This document shows positions 46,693-59,050 of a stretch of DNA of 64,000 bases, piece by piece. Source of the stretch: Podarcis melisellensis (Eukaryota); the NCBI GenBank assembly GCA_964234715.1, contig OZ174275.1, one strand, 5' to 3'. Numbering within the stretch: position 1 is the first letter of the stretch; each line of letters opens with the position of its first letter. Position numbers and translations under genes: made by a program. A model generated the notes under the pieces. The model was not told the origin of the DNA. It saw only the letters and a program-made list of their open reading frames with translations, and ran no database searches.

Positions 46693-48685
46693 TATTTAGA
46701 AGCACAGTTTCCAGGACAATATGTAGATTAAAATAATAAATATGATGAACTTGTATAAAGCCACAGAAAACTAACCGCAAAAAGGACAAAATCTAGCAAA
46801 GCCATAAAAACAAAACTAAAAAAATAAAGAAAACCTGCTGAAATGTCTGACACTGATAAACTATGAAAGCTGGCACCAGGCGGGCTTATTTGAGGAAGGG
46901 GTTCCTGAGGTGGGGTGCCAGTCCTCTAGTTAGCCGCCACCCACCACAGTTACTTTCAAAAATACTGTCACTTCAGGTTAAATACCTGACCACTGAGATA
47001 TTAAAATAATGCCAGATGAAGGACAAGGAATGGCTCGGAGAGCAAGGTAGGCAAGGCAAGTCTCAAAGCTGTGACAAAACACTGAAGTGATATACTCTGG
47101 TGGCAAATTAAACATGATTTACTGAAGATGGAAAGGTGGTTCTACTTCCATTTGGATCTTTCCAATTTTGTCATTATTATGTATCATCACACAGAGATAT
47201 TGTATATATGTTCTACTCTGTAGAATCCTGGGTTTTAATTGATTAATCTGTATCTTTACATGTATGAAGACTAACAGTGAGCATTGCTCATCAATATTCT
47301 CAGGTGGTACTAATTCTAAGGTACTGATTTCCATATTTTTCAGGATATATCTGCATCCGCATCATAAGCATACTGGACTAAGTACTTTACCTGCAGGCAG
47401 ATGCATAGCAGAGTATTCCCTTTTCTGGGCATATGTGCAAAAGTATTGAATTTAACATGTCACCCTTCACAGAAAATGTGAGATCTGAGCACTCATATTG
47501 CCATCCAGGGCTCCCCATTCTATTGGGCAAGTAGGAGGAAAGGGCATGTTCAGCTGGCATATGGGATAAACATAAACCATGTTCAGGATTTGCCTGAACA
47601 CATGACAGCTTAAACTATGGTTGGGGTAGGAATGCACACACACAAGCTCAGCCTGCAATATTCCCGGGCTGCTGTTCATATCTTCATGTGATTTTTGCAA
47701 AGGTCTGAAGATGGTTTTTAAGCATGTTCAATTGAATGTGCTCTCCATAAGCAGAGGTCTGAGGATGAGGTGTGTGCTGCTGCCCTGTCCATAGTTTGAT
47801 CATTCCCATGTTCAAGCAAATGTCACCCAAAATTGTCTGATGGGATTTCCAAGTGAGTTTCCATGCCTGCACACCATAGAAGGAACTCTGCTGCGTCCTA
47901 CAGGGATCCCTCTATGCAAAAATACACAATAGACTGGGTTACGACCATCTTGTTTGATTAAAAAAAAAAAGATTGCTTTCTCTTTTTTAACCCTTTATTC
48001 ATTTCATGTACTATGTTGATTTCAACAGGCCTTACTTTCACCCCTCCAACAACAGCCTTTGTTATAACAGAAGTATACTGTAACAACTAAAATAATGCTT
48101 TAGATCAGGCTGCAGTTGTCAGTGCAATGTGGCTGATTTTTCATAATTTGAGAAGAATTGTGCAGAAAAAAACAGATGTAAAAGAGACCAAATCCATTAG
48201 CCCATTAAACATTTCCCCCCATAAAAAGTATAAATTGACATGTGCAGACTTATCCAAAAGATAGTGAGTATTCTGTAAATTTATATAAATTAATTGGTTA
48301 GACTAGAAATCTCTACTTCATCCAATAAGATCCAATAAGTTACATGACTGAAATTATCCTATTACAACATGGCCTATACTTCTTGTTGCTTTGTTTACTG
48401 ATTATTCCAAAGTGACTTAGATTTCGTAGTGTTTTTTTAGAAAGCATACTGAGCTCTCTCTCTTCTCTATCTTATTCAGCTTCAATGTACCTCCAGAATT
48501 TGTACATTTTCAATTTCAACAGTATCAGATGGCAGAGAGCCAATGTCCCTCTAATAAACTGTGCCTATCAACTGTCATACTTTGCTTGTTGAAATTGCCA
48601 TAAGCTGTCTAATGTTATGTAATTTCAGTAAGTATAACATGCCACATATTTAAACTGCAAAGATGTTTTCATGAATTAAGTCTAC

Positions 48686-48805
48686 CTGAAGCAGCAAGCC
48701 AGATGTTGGTTTCATTCTTTGATGGAATAGCACACTAAGCGTTCGGTTCTGTTGTTCCAGGTCAAAAACTCTTGTCTTTAACTTTAAACACTCCTCCCTC
48801 AGGTC
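48686..48805 (-). CDS. NCKAP5: NCKAP5 coding exon (DLREECLKLKTRVFDLEQQNRTLSVLFHQRMKPTSGLLLQ), phase 0-0
   Basis: ccttccctgttctag|GACCTG...CTTCAG|gtagac; 120 nt; matches recalled NCKAP5 DLREECVKLKTRVFDLEQQNRTL. Confidence 0.96.
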
Positions 48806-49210
48806 CTAGAACAGGGAAGGAAATCTGAATTAGAAAAAAACCCCCCACATAATTCAAATATTAACTGAAAAGTCAATGAATATTATAATGCATGTGACAG
48901 AACACCATCCTTCTGTTAATGCCTGTGACAGAACACTACCCTATTCTGTTAATAGGAGGAATCCTATTTGCTAAAGGCTACTTGATCTTATGGAGGCCTC
49001 TGCTGACAGAAGGATGCAAAGTGCTTTTCACTTATCTCCTGCCCTCCTGTACCTTCCACAACAACTTCCACACAGCACAGTAGCATCCCTCAACCACCTG
49101 GAGCAGATTTTCAGGTTAGAAGAAGCAACAAAGAAGAGGTGAAATTGGCAACACCATATCCCTCCTTCCATCACTAGAAGTGTTGGCCAGATTAAAAGCC
49201 CTCCTGCCTG

Positions 49211-49559
49211 TAAAGGTAAAGGGACCCCTGACCGTGAGGTCCGGTCGTGGATGACTCTGGGGCTGCAGTGCTCATCTTGCTTTATTGGTCAAGGGAGCTG
49301 GCATACAGCTTCCGGGTCATGTGGCCAGCATGATTAAGCCGCCTCTGGCGAACCAGAGCAGTGCACGGAAACGCCATTTACCTTCCCGCTGGAGTGGTAC
49401 CTATTTATCTACTTGCACTGCATGCTTTGGAACTGCTAGGTTGGCGGGAGCAGGGACCGAGCAACAGAAGCTCACCCCATTGCGAGGATTCGAACTGCTG
49501 ACCTTCTGATCGGCAAGCCCTAGGCTCTGTGGTTTAACCCACAGCGTCACCCGCGTCCC
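49211..49559 (-). mobile_element. Sauria SINE, full length
   Basis: taaaggtaaagggacccctgacc...ggtttaacccacagcgtcacccgcgtccc; imperfect TSD around tcctgcct. Confidence 0.93.
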
Positions 49560-51885
49560 TTCTTCCTGCCTTTAGGATGAAACAAATGGATTCCTCCCCA
49601 GCTTTTAAAATTAAGAAGATTTTTAAAAGTGAAATTTCAGCACTAGCATGTCATAAGAAATTAAAAGGTAGTATTTCTAAATACCTAGTATATTTGTTTA
49701 GACTGGCAGTTTTCAAGTATTTATTAGCTTAAGAAAAGTTTTAATTAGTTTCATTTTGTCTGGATACATAATAATAAATAGAAAACATGAAAAGCAATGC
49801 ACTTTCAGAAAGCTGCATTTTCATTTCTCCAACCAAGAGGAATAACCAACAGCACTCTAGAAACAATGCTATGTGGTACTGTGTGTCAGAGAAAGATGAA
49901 CCAAGCAAGACCATATTTCATCGCAATCACAAGCTAACAGTGGGAAAGGCAAACATAACCTATGCCAGGTGAAAACTGATAAACACTATATGCAGCCACA
50001 GGAATAGCTATGTTTGACATGAGTATATTACATTCATCTCAATTGCTTCATTATAAATCAAGTAGCATTGACAGCATATACATCCCCTCTATTGATATGT
50101 TCCTTCCCAACAGCAGTTGGATGCATTGGTTGTGATGATACTCCAATGAGACTTACCAGACACAAAATTATATCTCAAGTATCATCTGGGTACACAGACA
50201 CTGAGGTATTAAATCACCACACAAATATGTTTGTGCTATATGAGCAAGATACTGAATCTGCTTTCCTATCCATTTCTTCCTTTTCACAGTAGGCATGCAT
50301 GTGTTGATGCAGGCCCATTCATCTGTTGTATTAAGGAATGGTGAGCTTCTGAATTCTTGAAGGCCACTCCATTCTCCAGGTAGTTGTCTAGGAGTTGTAA
50401 CAATTCATCCCTCCCTTGGGCAGTCAGGTTCTTTACTAAATCTAGCATCCCACATGCCTATCCATAAGGGGATTTCATTTTGTTGGGAAGTGAGGGAAGA
50501 AAGGGTTAACACTCCCTTCCCAATGTCTGTGCTCCTGGCAAAACACACCCTGCACTTCAAAGGGGAAGGGGGGAGGACTAGTGGGAAGCTGTGGAAACAA
50601 TTTTGTGCCACTTCCCACAGACCAAACTTCCAAGAATACCCTGGAAGCAATGCAATGGGACACAGTTTGGCATCACTCCAAAGACATTCCAGGAAATGCA
50701 GCCAGTACATAGCTGTAGAGACCTAGGCATCATCCACACTTCCTCTTGTCCTGCTGCTTTCCCCCAAGGAAAGCTGCTCTTTAGCACTCAGTTGGAGCAA
50801 ATGACAATTCAGGTTTTCTCTGAATTGATGTTTGCTCTGATTGAGCACTAAAGAGCAGGGAAAGGGGAAAACCACTTGGACGAGTCCCTAGAAACTAGGG
50901 TTCCAACAGGATTTTCTGGGCCCAGTACACTGTATATATGTTCAGCTCAGCGCTCCATCATGCCTACAATCTAATGTTAAGAATTGCTGCTTACATGCAC
51001 ATTGCAACTAAAACAAGAACATATGGGCAAAGTAAGAAGGTGGGTGGGTTGTGGTCTCAATGGCATTGTGCTTTAGTGTATGCTCAGTCATTCCATGGGC
51101 AAATGAAAAAAAAAAATTAAGTTTAAGGAGATCTGCAGCTTGGGTTCCTTGGCAACCCACCTACAATCCCCCTGAAACTAAGTAAAGACGTTTCTTCTGC
51201 CCATATTATGGGCAGGAGCCATCATTTTGCCCTCATTCATCCAATTGTCAATTTCAGTTTCAGGCCTACAATGGAAACTGTTGAGATGGCTCAGTAGCAT
51301 GGAATTTCCATTTCCATTATATGCTGCATTAATAATAAAATAAAATAAAAACATCACTTTGCTTCTCCTAAACATGAGAACAGCTGCACTAACTACCTAC
51401 ATTCCTGTATTTTATTTTTGAAGGTCGCAAAGCACAATGAAAAGTCTTGCAGCTTCCCACATATTTACTTGTTAACAGAATTAACAATAAATTGAGTTAT
51501 ATGAACCTATTGAAGTAGCAGGCCAGAATGTTCACAAAAATAAGTCTTTTTTTGTCTGTTCTTGGTCTGCTGTGCCTAAGCCAGCACGGTGAACAGAGAA
51601 GAAGAGGTAACACAATGAGACACTTTTGTTAGATGAAAGCTGTAAAAAATGTGGGTTAGCTTTAATTCAAAGGTAAGGCTGGATGAATTAAGAAGTCATT
51701 TTGCCTGAGCACATTACAAGTGGAGTGCTTATTTAAAGTACCCCTAAGGCGAACCAAGTTATACATTCTCTGCCTTCCAAAGTGACAAGGAGGCAATGCT
51801 ATCTTTTATTTGAAGTGTAGCAAAATTCTAAATCCTCTAATTCTGCAAACAGAAATCCCTGTATAACTGCATCATCTAAGACCTT

Positions 51886-52035
51886 NNNNNNNNNNNNNNN
51901 NNNNNNNNNNNNNNNNNNNNNNNNNNNNNNNNNNNNNNNNNNNNNNNNNNNNNNNNNNNNNNNNNNNNNNNNNNNNNNNNNNNNNNNNNNNNNNNNNNNN
52001 NNNNNNNNNNNNNNNNNNNNNNNNNNNNNNNNNNN
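51886..52035. other. Assembly gap (150 N)
   Basis: Run of N. Confidence 1.
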
Positions 52036-52396
52036 AAGGACAGTCCTTATGAGGTTCTAACAGATAACAAATTCACTGTAAGACTAGCTGCTCCAATTGA
52101 GACTGAACCCCACAGTCAAAAGAAGAAGCAGCGCTTCACGAGAACTAGCAATTCAAACTAACCACAGGCCAAGTAACACCTTCTCCGCACCATTCCTTTC
52201 AAAAGCTAAACTCTCCTCTCCCTCATTTATTCTAAAATAAAGAATAAAATGCATGTTGTTAGATTGCCCAACTACTGGAAAAAGGTGCTTTAGCAGTACA
52301 GTTGTTCATAGGAAGATTTTTATTTTTTTTTAGGCAAAAGTAGATGTAAAATGATTCCCCTCACATTATGAGACAGACTCTTCCTAGGCTCTAGAA

Positions 52397-52530
52397 TAGA
52401 AGTGGGGGACCTGTAACCTCCAGACAATGCTGGACTACAACTCCTATTTCTGACTACTGATCATGTGGGTTGGGGCTTATTAAAGACAGAGTTCAACAAC
52501 ATATGGAGGTCAAAGGGTTTCCTATAACTT
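52397..52530. mobile_element. Degenerate hAT-type MITE
   Basis: cctccagacaatgctggactacaactcc core; TSD CTCTAGAA / TTCTAGAA. Confidence 0.65.
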
Positions 52531-55500
52531 TTCTAGAACATCCAATCTCCTCATAGGAATAGTTTCTCTTTTAAGGCCACATAGTTTCTAGCTGCAGATG
52601 TTACTACTAAGGTGTTGAGTACTGGAAGTTCTTAAAAGAAGTGAGTATGATCTGGGGCAGGTTATCATCTGGCTGGACTTACTAGGAAGAGTTCAAAATA
52701 TCTGAACTCAATATGAATATATATTTCATCTCCCTCCATGCCAATCCTCTGCTATGAAGAGCTTTCAATATTCATTTCTACTGTTTCCCACAATCCAGAA
52801 GGAGCAGGAACCTGTATAGCATAGCACTTCATCTTAGTCAGTACTGTATTCCTATTACATGTTTCCTCCTCCTCCACCACAGTCAATATATTGTTTTTCT
52901 TGGGTGTTAAAACAACTCCACATTTACCATCCTATTAGGCCATAAAACAGCCCCCTAAGATATACATGGCAGGGCTCCTTGCTACAACAGTCGTGAATAT
53001 AATCAGCAGCCACATGGGTTATGTGGATCAGATGGAATCAGTTTAGATTATGTGGTTAGGCCTACCTGGCAAAATACATGGAGCCAGCAAGGGTATGCTG
53101 GTCTTCACTGGTCCTCCACATGGGGCTGGTAAAGGTAGGGCTGGTGAACTGTGTGGGCAGGTAAGAGCTGGAGTGTTTTAGTTCTGTTTGCAGAATGGGG
53201 CCAATTTTGGCTTGAAGGTAGCATCTGAACCAACTCACAATCACTTCTAATGTCACAATGTTGATTTTACTAGGAGAAATGGTGCTAGCATGGGTACTTC
53301 CACACAATCCATCTTCCACTGATTGTTGCTGCTGAGGTATGACGCCTACATGGAAACAGCAACTACATTACCAGGCTTCAGGCCTTAAACTGAATCTTAA
53401 ACTACCATGACAATGGACCAATCTGATCTCCTGAATATGGACATTCAGGTTCAAGTAGCATGCCTCTAAGAACCAGTTGCCTGCAAGGAAAAATGGGAGG
53501 TTTTTTTGCCTTCCTGTCTTACTTGTGGTCTACTCAGAGGTGTCTATGAGAAACACAATGGTGAATTGGATGGTCTTTTGGTTTGGTCCAGCACTGTTCT
53601 AATGTTTCTGTTTCAGTGTGAGAGGAAACTAAAGAGTGAACGTTGTTAAGACAGGCAAGTCCAGCTTTAATTTCCCCTCAAAATTATCTGCAATGTGAAA
53701 TAACATGGCAAGAGGACTCCAGCCAAAGAAGCTCCTGGCTAGAGGCTGAATGAAATAAGTTAGAAGCTAGTCTTAAAACTTAAGACATTAAATATTTTCT
53801 GGAAATGTTTATGATTGTTTGCTGGTCTGTTATTCCCCTATCGGTTTTTAGATGCCTCTTAAGTAAAACCGTAACTTGTGGAAATGATGGAAACAAAACA
53901 ACAACAAAATGCAGTGCTCTGAGGCAGAACTCCCAATTTAATATATTTTCCTTCATATTTTCACTCAAAAACTAGGCTCACTGGAGGAGTTCCATATGTC
54001 TTATAAGGAACGATCTCCTCCAAAAGTACCCACTTCAAACTATAAATTTGATCTCAAGGATTCAGTGACATTGATAAATCACTCAAGGTTTTGCTCTCTC
54101 AGTTGGTGTCACCATGATCTCTCAGCGGAACAGAAGCTTCTCATATACTTCTGGGTATGCAGTACTTCATCCCTTACATTATTATAGTATGTATTTAATT
54201 TAAACAAAAAATTAGTCCTTGAGGGGTATTTCCAAATTCACAGTGTAATATACATAGTTTGTGTTACTGCACAGTATTACTCTTCTGGAGTCTTTGAGAG
54301 CTTTTCAGATTCCCTCTGTATCTCATGATGCCCCTGAGGTGTGTTATCTCTTGGTGACATTACTTGTTCCATCTTGCTGCAGTGTGGTAGAAGACTTATC
54401 TGTTTACCAGTTATTACTTAGATTTGTATAGGAGCCATTTGTGATTGACCCGAAGAGCCTAATTTCCTTTTTACTGTACAGTATTGTCTTCCTGTCCTTT
54501 CTTATAAATAGTCTCAGTCCAAATGGCATTAGGAGGGCTGTAACAGTTAACATTCATTAACATTTAGAGTGCTGCCTTGTGTTTCCCCTTCAGGATATTA
54601 AATTAAGCAGCATTACTCAGCAGTAGGCTAGCGTCTGTTAAATTTCATCAATACTAAGCAAATCACATTATTAAATACATTTTAATCTATATCCTTAGTT
54701 CGTTCATAAGGAGTCCTTAGTACCTGTGTCTTCCAATATTGACAAAAGGGGTTGTCATGGAAAAAAATTGTCCTAAAGGAGTTATAAATAACTCACGAGA
54801 CTCTCTGCACTTCAACTCCATTTTGTATTTGTTTTGTTTTTTAAAAAGAAAACATGTTGTTTTCTAAATAAGGTATAAATATATTGAGATCAATATACCA
54901 GCGAATATGCCACAACATATGGGCTTTTATATTGCAGAATGCTAATCTGGTTTGTGCATGCACTTGTATTCATGGCCTGTTAAATTGCATAACAAGAGAA
55001 AATGAATACATTTATGATTTGTTTCTAGGTTTGGCTAGTCTGTTTTAATTCTCAATTGAGAATTTAGAAAAACAACACTGAAATGACAATTTCAGCAACA
55101 GATCCCCCCCGCCAGCTATATTATACAGTACAACAGTCAGCAACAATCCTGATTGCCAGGATTTCCTGTCCTAGTTGGTTAGAACTTCTCCTGGGATTAA
55201 GTGGCTATTGGGACTGCTCAGCATGCACTTAGATTTACAGTCACAATACATGGATATCAGTGTGAAGCGGGGCAGAGCTTGTCTCCTGTTACCAATATCA
55301 CTGCTGTTTATGGGGTGGGGTTGGGGCCATAGCACTGCACTCACAGGACTACTGCCACCAATTCAGCATTCCCACCAGTGCAGCAAAACACCAATCTTGT
55401 TGCTCCCATGCACCATCCTCACCCAGCTGTAACATTCTGCCCCACCCACATATGCTGGTACTGATGGATGTGAAAAGAATCTGCAACTTATAACAATGTG

Positions 55501-55575
55501 TATTTCTCTGCACTTGAAGATATTTAAACCTTACCCAGTGTTGATGCCTGCAGAAAATAACTCACAATACTGCTA

Positions 55576-55600
<25 letters not shown>
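55576..55600. repeat. (TC)n microsatellite
   Basis: Read directly. Confidence 0.95.
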
Positions 55601-55607
<7 letters not shown>

Positions 55608-56014
55608 CCCCCCATCCTTGCAATACACGCTCACACCCAAAGGCATCTCCTCACTCCTTCTAAGATGCCTCTCATGTGTTACATTTTATGGAGATGAAAA
55701 CAAAGCGGGACGAGGCGTGTTAGTTCACAATCTCGTCCCACCACCACAATGGACACACAGTCGCAGACTGCAGCTCTGGAAAGAATGCATACTTTGCACA
55801 CAGAAGGCCCTAGGTTCAAACTCACACATCTCCCACTAAAAAAACACCAAACGGAAAACCTGGCAGAGGATGGTGGGAAAGATCTCTTTCTCTGACAAGG
55901 TACTGTACAGGGAGGCCTTTTATGTTTCATATGAGATTAAAGGTTGTGTGTAATAGCCCTCATCTGAAGAAATGTAAGAACAACTGCAGGCTGTATGTCT
56001 GCTACTGCACGAAC

Positions 56015-56595
56015 ACAGGGAAGGTTCTCTTGGACCAGGCCAATGGTCCATGTAGCCCAGCACCCTGTGATGGCAGCCAACAAGATGCCTTTGGGAGTAT
56101 TTGAGAGGAAAAATAGTCTCCACAGCTGTGATACTCAGAAACAGGTATCCAAAGGCATGCAGTCTCCAACAATGGGGATAGACCATAGCTATGGTGACAA
56201 GCAATCATTAATTGCAGGTGGCACTGTGGTCTAAACCACAGAGCCTAGGGCTTGCCGATCTGAAGGTCGGTGGTTTGAATCCCCGCAACGGGGTGAGCTC
56301 CCATTGCTCGGTCCCTGCTCCTGCCAACCTAGCAGTTTGAAAGCATGTCAAAGTGCAAGTAGATAAATAGGTACCAATCCGGCAAGAAGGTAAACGGCGT
56401 ATCCGTGCGCTGCTCTGGTTCACCAGAAGCGGCTTAGTCATGCTGGCCACATGACCCGGAAGCTGTACGCCGGCTCCCTCGGCCAATAAAGCGAGATGAG
56501 CGCTGCAACCCCAGAGTCATCCACAATTGGACCTAACAGTCAGGGGCCCCTTTACCTTTACCCTTATGGTGACAAGCAACCATTAATAGCCCCCA
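56015..56595 (-). mobile_element. Old SINE/CR1-tail fragment that hosts the 56213 Sauria SINE
   Basis: tggaccaggccaatggtccatgtagcccagcaccctg...gccaacaagatgcct; related fragments at ~6715-6780 (-) and ~53440-53610 (+). Confidence 0.6.
56213..56564 (+). mobile_element. Sauria SINE inserted in an older SINE
   Basis: Typical head, body and (ACCTTT) tail; 23-bp TSD 56190-56212 / 56565-56587 with one mismatch. Confidence 0.93.
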
Positions 56596-57754
56596 CAAAG
56601 TGATTGGGACTAGAATCTCTTTGATTAGCTTTTTAAAAACTGTTTTTACTGATAGTTTTAATATTTTTTTGTAACCCACTTCAAGCTTTTATTACAATCA
56701 AGCAGTATATAAATTTTGTTTGAATAAACTTTTAGATAGGCAGTAGATCCACCTCTTTCCTGTCACTCTTGTGTTAAATACAATAACCCCCACCTCCAGA
56801 ACACCAGTTTGCTCTTGCTTGGGCTTGTGCATAGAGTCATCAGACTGTGCACTGCTGAGAAAGTTGTGCTGGCATTTCCCCCGTGCAGTAGGAGGGTAAC
56901 TGGATGCCGATGTCCCAGTGTTATACTACCTATTAGACACACATGCACACTCTGCAGACAATACTTTTAAGTAGAAACTGGAGCCACAGAGAGTTAATTG
57001 CTGATCAAGAAATGAAGCCAGATAGCTTTGCAGAAAAAAAATATTGAGGCAGAAGCACCACTCAAAAAGCTTAACAGCAACAAATACAGCAAAGTTTACA
57101 GCAAAAAAAGAAAAGGGAAAAAAGCCTAATATTGGCAATTGGAAATAGAGGGATATGTAACTCCCACCCTCCCAATAGCAAAAATGATGTGAGACCAGGA
57201 AAGACAATCTGTACAAATGGCAATCTGTACAAAGTTTTATCTTTGCCAAATACATATTAGTGGGATCTGCAAGGAAATGCTGCAATGTGGAGTGCTTCTG
57301 TTCAGGTTTTCAGTTACTCACTTCCCTTTCCCTATCCAAATGTTGCATGTCTGTCAGTATGCTCAGTTCTCACTCTGCTCTTTTTGGATTCCACACCCCT
57401 GGGATTTTTCCTAAAGTATTTTGTTTGTATTTCAAACCTTGACATTGCCCCTGAACATGCTAATCTCTCTCTTTCTTGTGTATAACAGGAGTGGGGATAC
57501 AATTTTGGCATAAGGACAGGCACTTATAGAATGAGTTCATTAGGAACATGTCAACTGCTGGACTTTGACAAGGAAGATCTAGCTTCAAATCCAAAGTTGG
57601 TGACTTTGGGCCTCTCTTCCAGCTCAAACCATTGCAGGGATAAAAAGGGATTGTGCTTTAATCCCCCTGGAGGAAGAGTAGTATACAATTCTGATAGAGA
57701 AAATAAATATAGAATAAAGTCATCTAGTAATAAATGCACTTACTATAAAAGATG

Positions 57755-57780
57755 ACAACAACAACAACAACAACAACAAC
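57755..57780. repeat. (CAA)n microsatellite
   Basis: Read directly. Confidence 0.95.
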
Positions 57781-58202
57781 TCTGCCTTTTCCCCTGATGG
57801 GACTCAAGGTAGCTTACAGATAAAAACAAGAACCATTAAAATCATAGAAAAATCAAGCATTAAAATACAATTAAACATTGATAAGAAAACATGCCAGTAT
57901 ACAGTATATCGAATACATGTCACAGTATATGTGCATGTTTTAAATTTCAAATTATATTAGCTGAATATACATGTATGTGCTAATAATTAATGGGATCAGA
58001 GAAGGCATGGAAAGGGAATTTATCCATTTTCTCCCATGTTACAGTCCTAAGGAAAATCCTCTGGTTAAGCTGATATTTCATTACAGAGTAAATCTCTAAT
58101 TAGCACCAATTTTATTGAATAAAGATCTTTGATAACTCTAATTAAGTATCCTTGGTAACTATAACATTTAACAGTGTCTCACGAAAAGGAGAAATTACTT
58201 AC

Positions 58203-58241
58203 CTTCTGAGTAAGTAGTGCTTGTACAACTTGGTTGGCTAC
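58203..58241 (-). CDS. NCKAP5: NCKAP5 39-nt coding micro-exon (VANQVVQALLTQK), phase 0-0
   Basis: ttattcttacag|GTAGCC...CAGAAG|gtaagt; in frame with flanking exons; matches recalled NCKAP5 peptide; absent from the ORF track. Confidence 0.96.
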
Positions 58242-58419
58242 CTGTAAGAATAAATAAAGGACATTTGAGCCGTGCATCAGATTGTGTTTGTGTGTGCTTT
58301 CTAAGGGTCATAGCTGAGTAATACAGCATCTGCTTTGAATGCAGAAAGTCCTGGTTCAATCTGTGGCATCTCCAGGTAGACCTGGAAACCCTGAATAGCC
58401 ACTTCTACTTAGTATAGAC

Positions 58420-58510
58420 CAGTATTTATCAAACTTGTATATTCAGCTGCTAGCTAGGGATGATGCGAGTTGTAGTCCAACAGCTGGCAATGCAAGTTTG
58501 AGTAACACTG
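58420..58510. mobile_element. Short hAT-type MITE
   Basis: TIR cagtatttatcaaactt / aagtttgagtaacactg; family core gctagggatgatgcgagttgtagtcc; left flank GTATAGAC. Confidence 0.75.
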
Positions 58511-58519
58511 AAGTTCGAA

Positions 58520-59050
58520 CATTTGCAGTTTGAATCTGTGCGACGGGGTAAGCTCCCGTTGCTCTGTCCCAGCTTCTGACAACCTAGGAGTTCGAAAGCA
58601 TACCAGTGGAAGTAGATAAACTGGTACCACTGTGGCAGGAAGCTAAACTGCATTTCCGTGCATTACGGCTTCCATCACGGTGTCCTGTTGCACCATAAGC
58701 GGTTTAGTCATGCTGGCCACATGACCTGGAAAGCAGTCAGTGGACAAACGCCGGCTCCCTCAGCCTGACGTGAGATGAGCGCCGCACCCCATAGTCCCCT
58801 TTGACTGGACTTAACCATCCAGGGGCAGCAGAGTAGCACAGGGGAGGTGCTAGCCACCATAGGGCGATGCTAGCTGTCCATGGGGGTGGGGCAAGCCACC
58901 CACTGGGCAGGGGCCAGCTGCCTCCCTGTCTGGAGGACAGCCATGACTGGGATGGAGGTGGCGGCTAGGGCGCCCTACAGGCCACGCGCCACACACGTCC
59001 CATGCTGCATCCCTTCCTCCACTACTGTCCCTTTACCTTTTACCTTTACC
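58520..59050 (+). mobile_element. 5'-truncated Sauria SINE interrupted by a 202-bp GC-rich insert (58826-59027)
   Basis: Body motifs agtagataaa and tagtcatgctggccacatgacc; the tail tccctttaccttt resumes after the insert. Confidence 0.85.
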
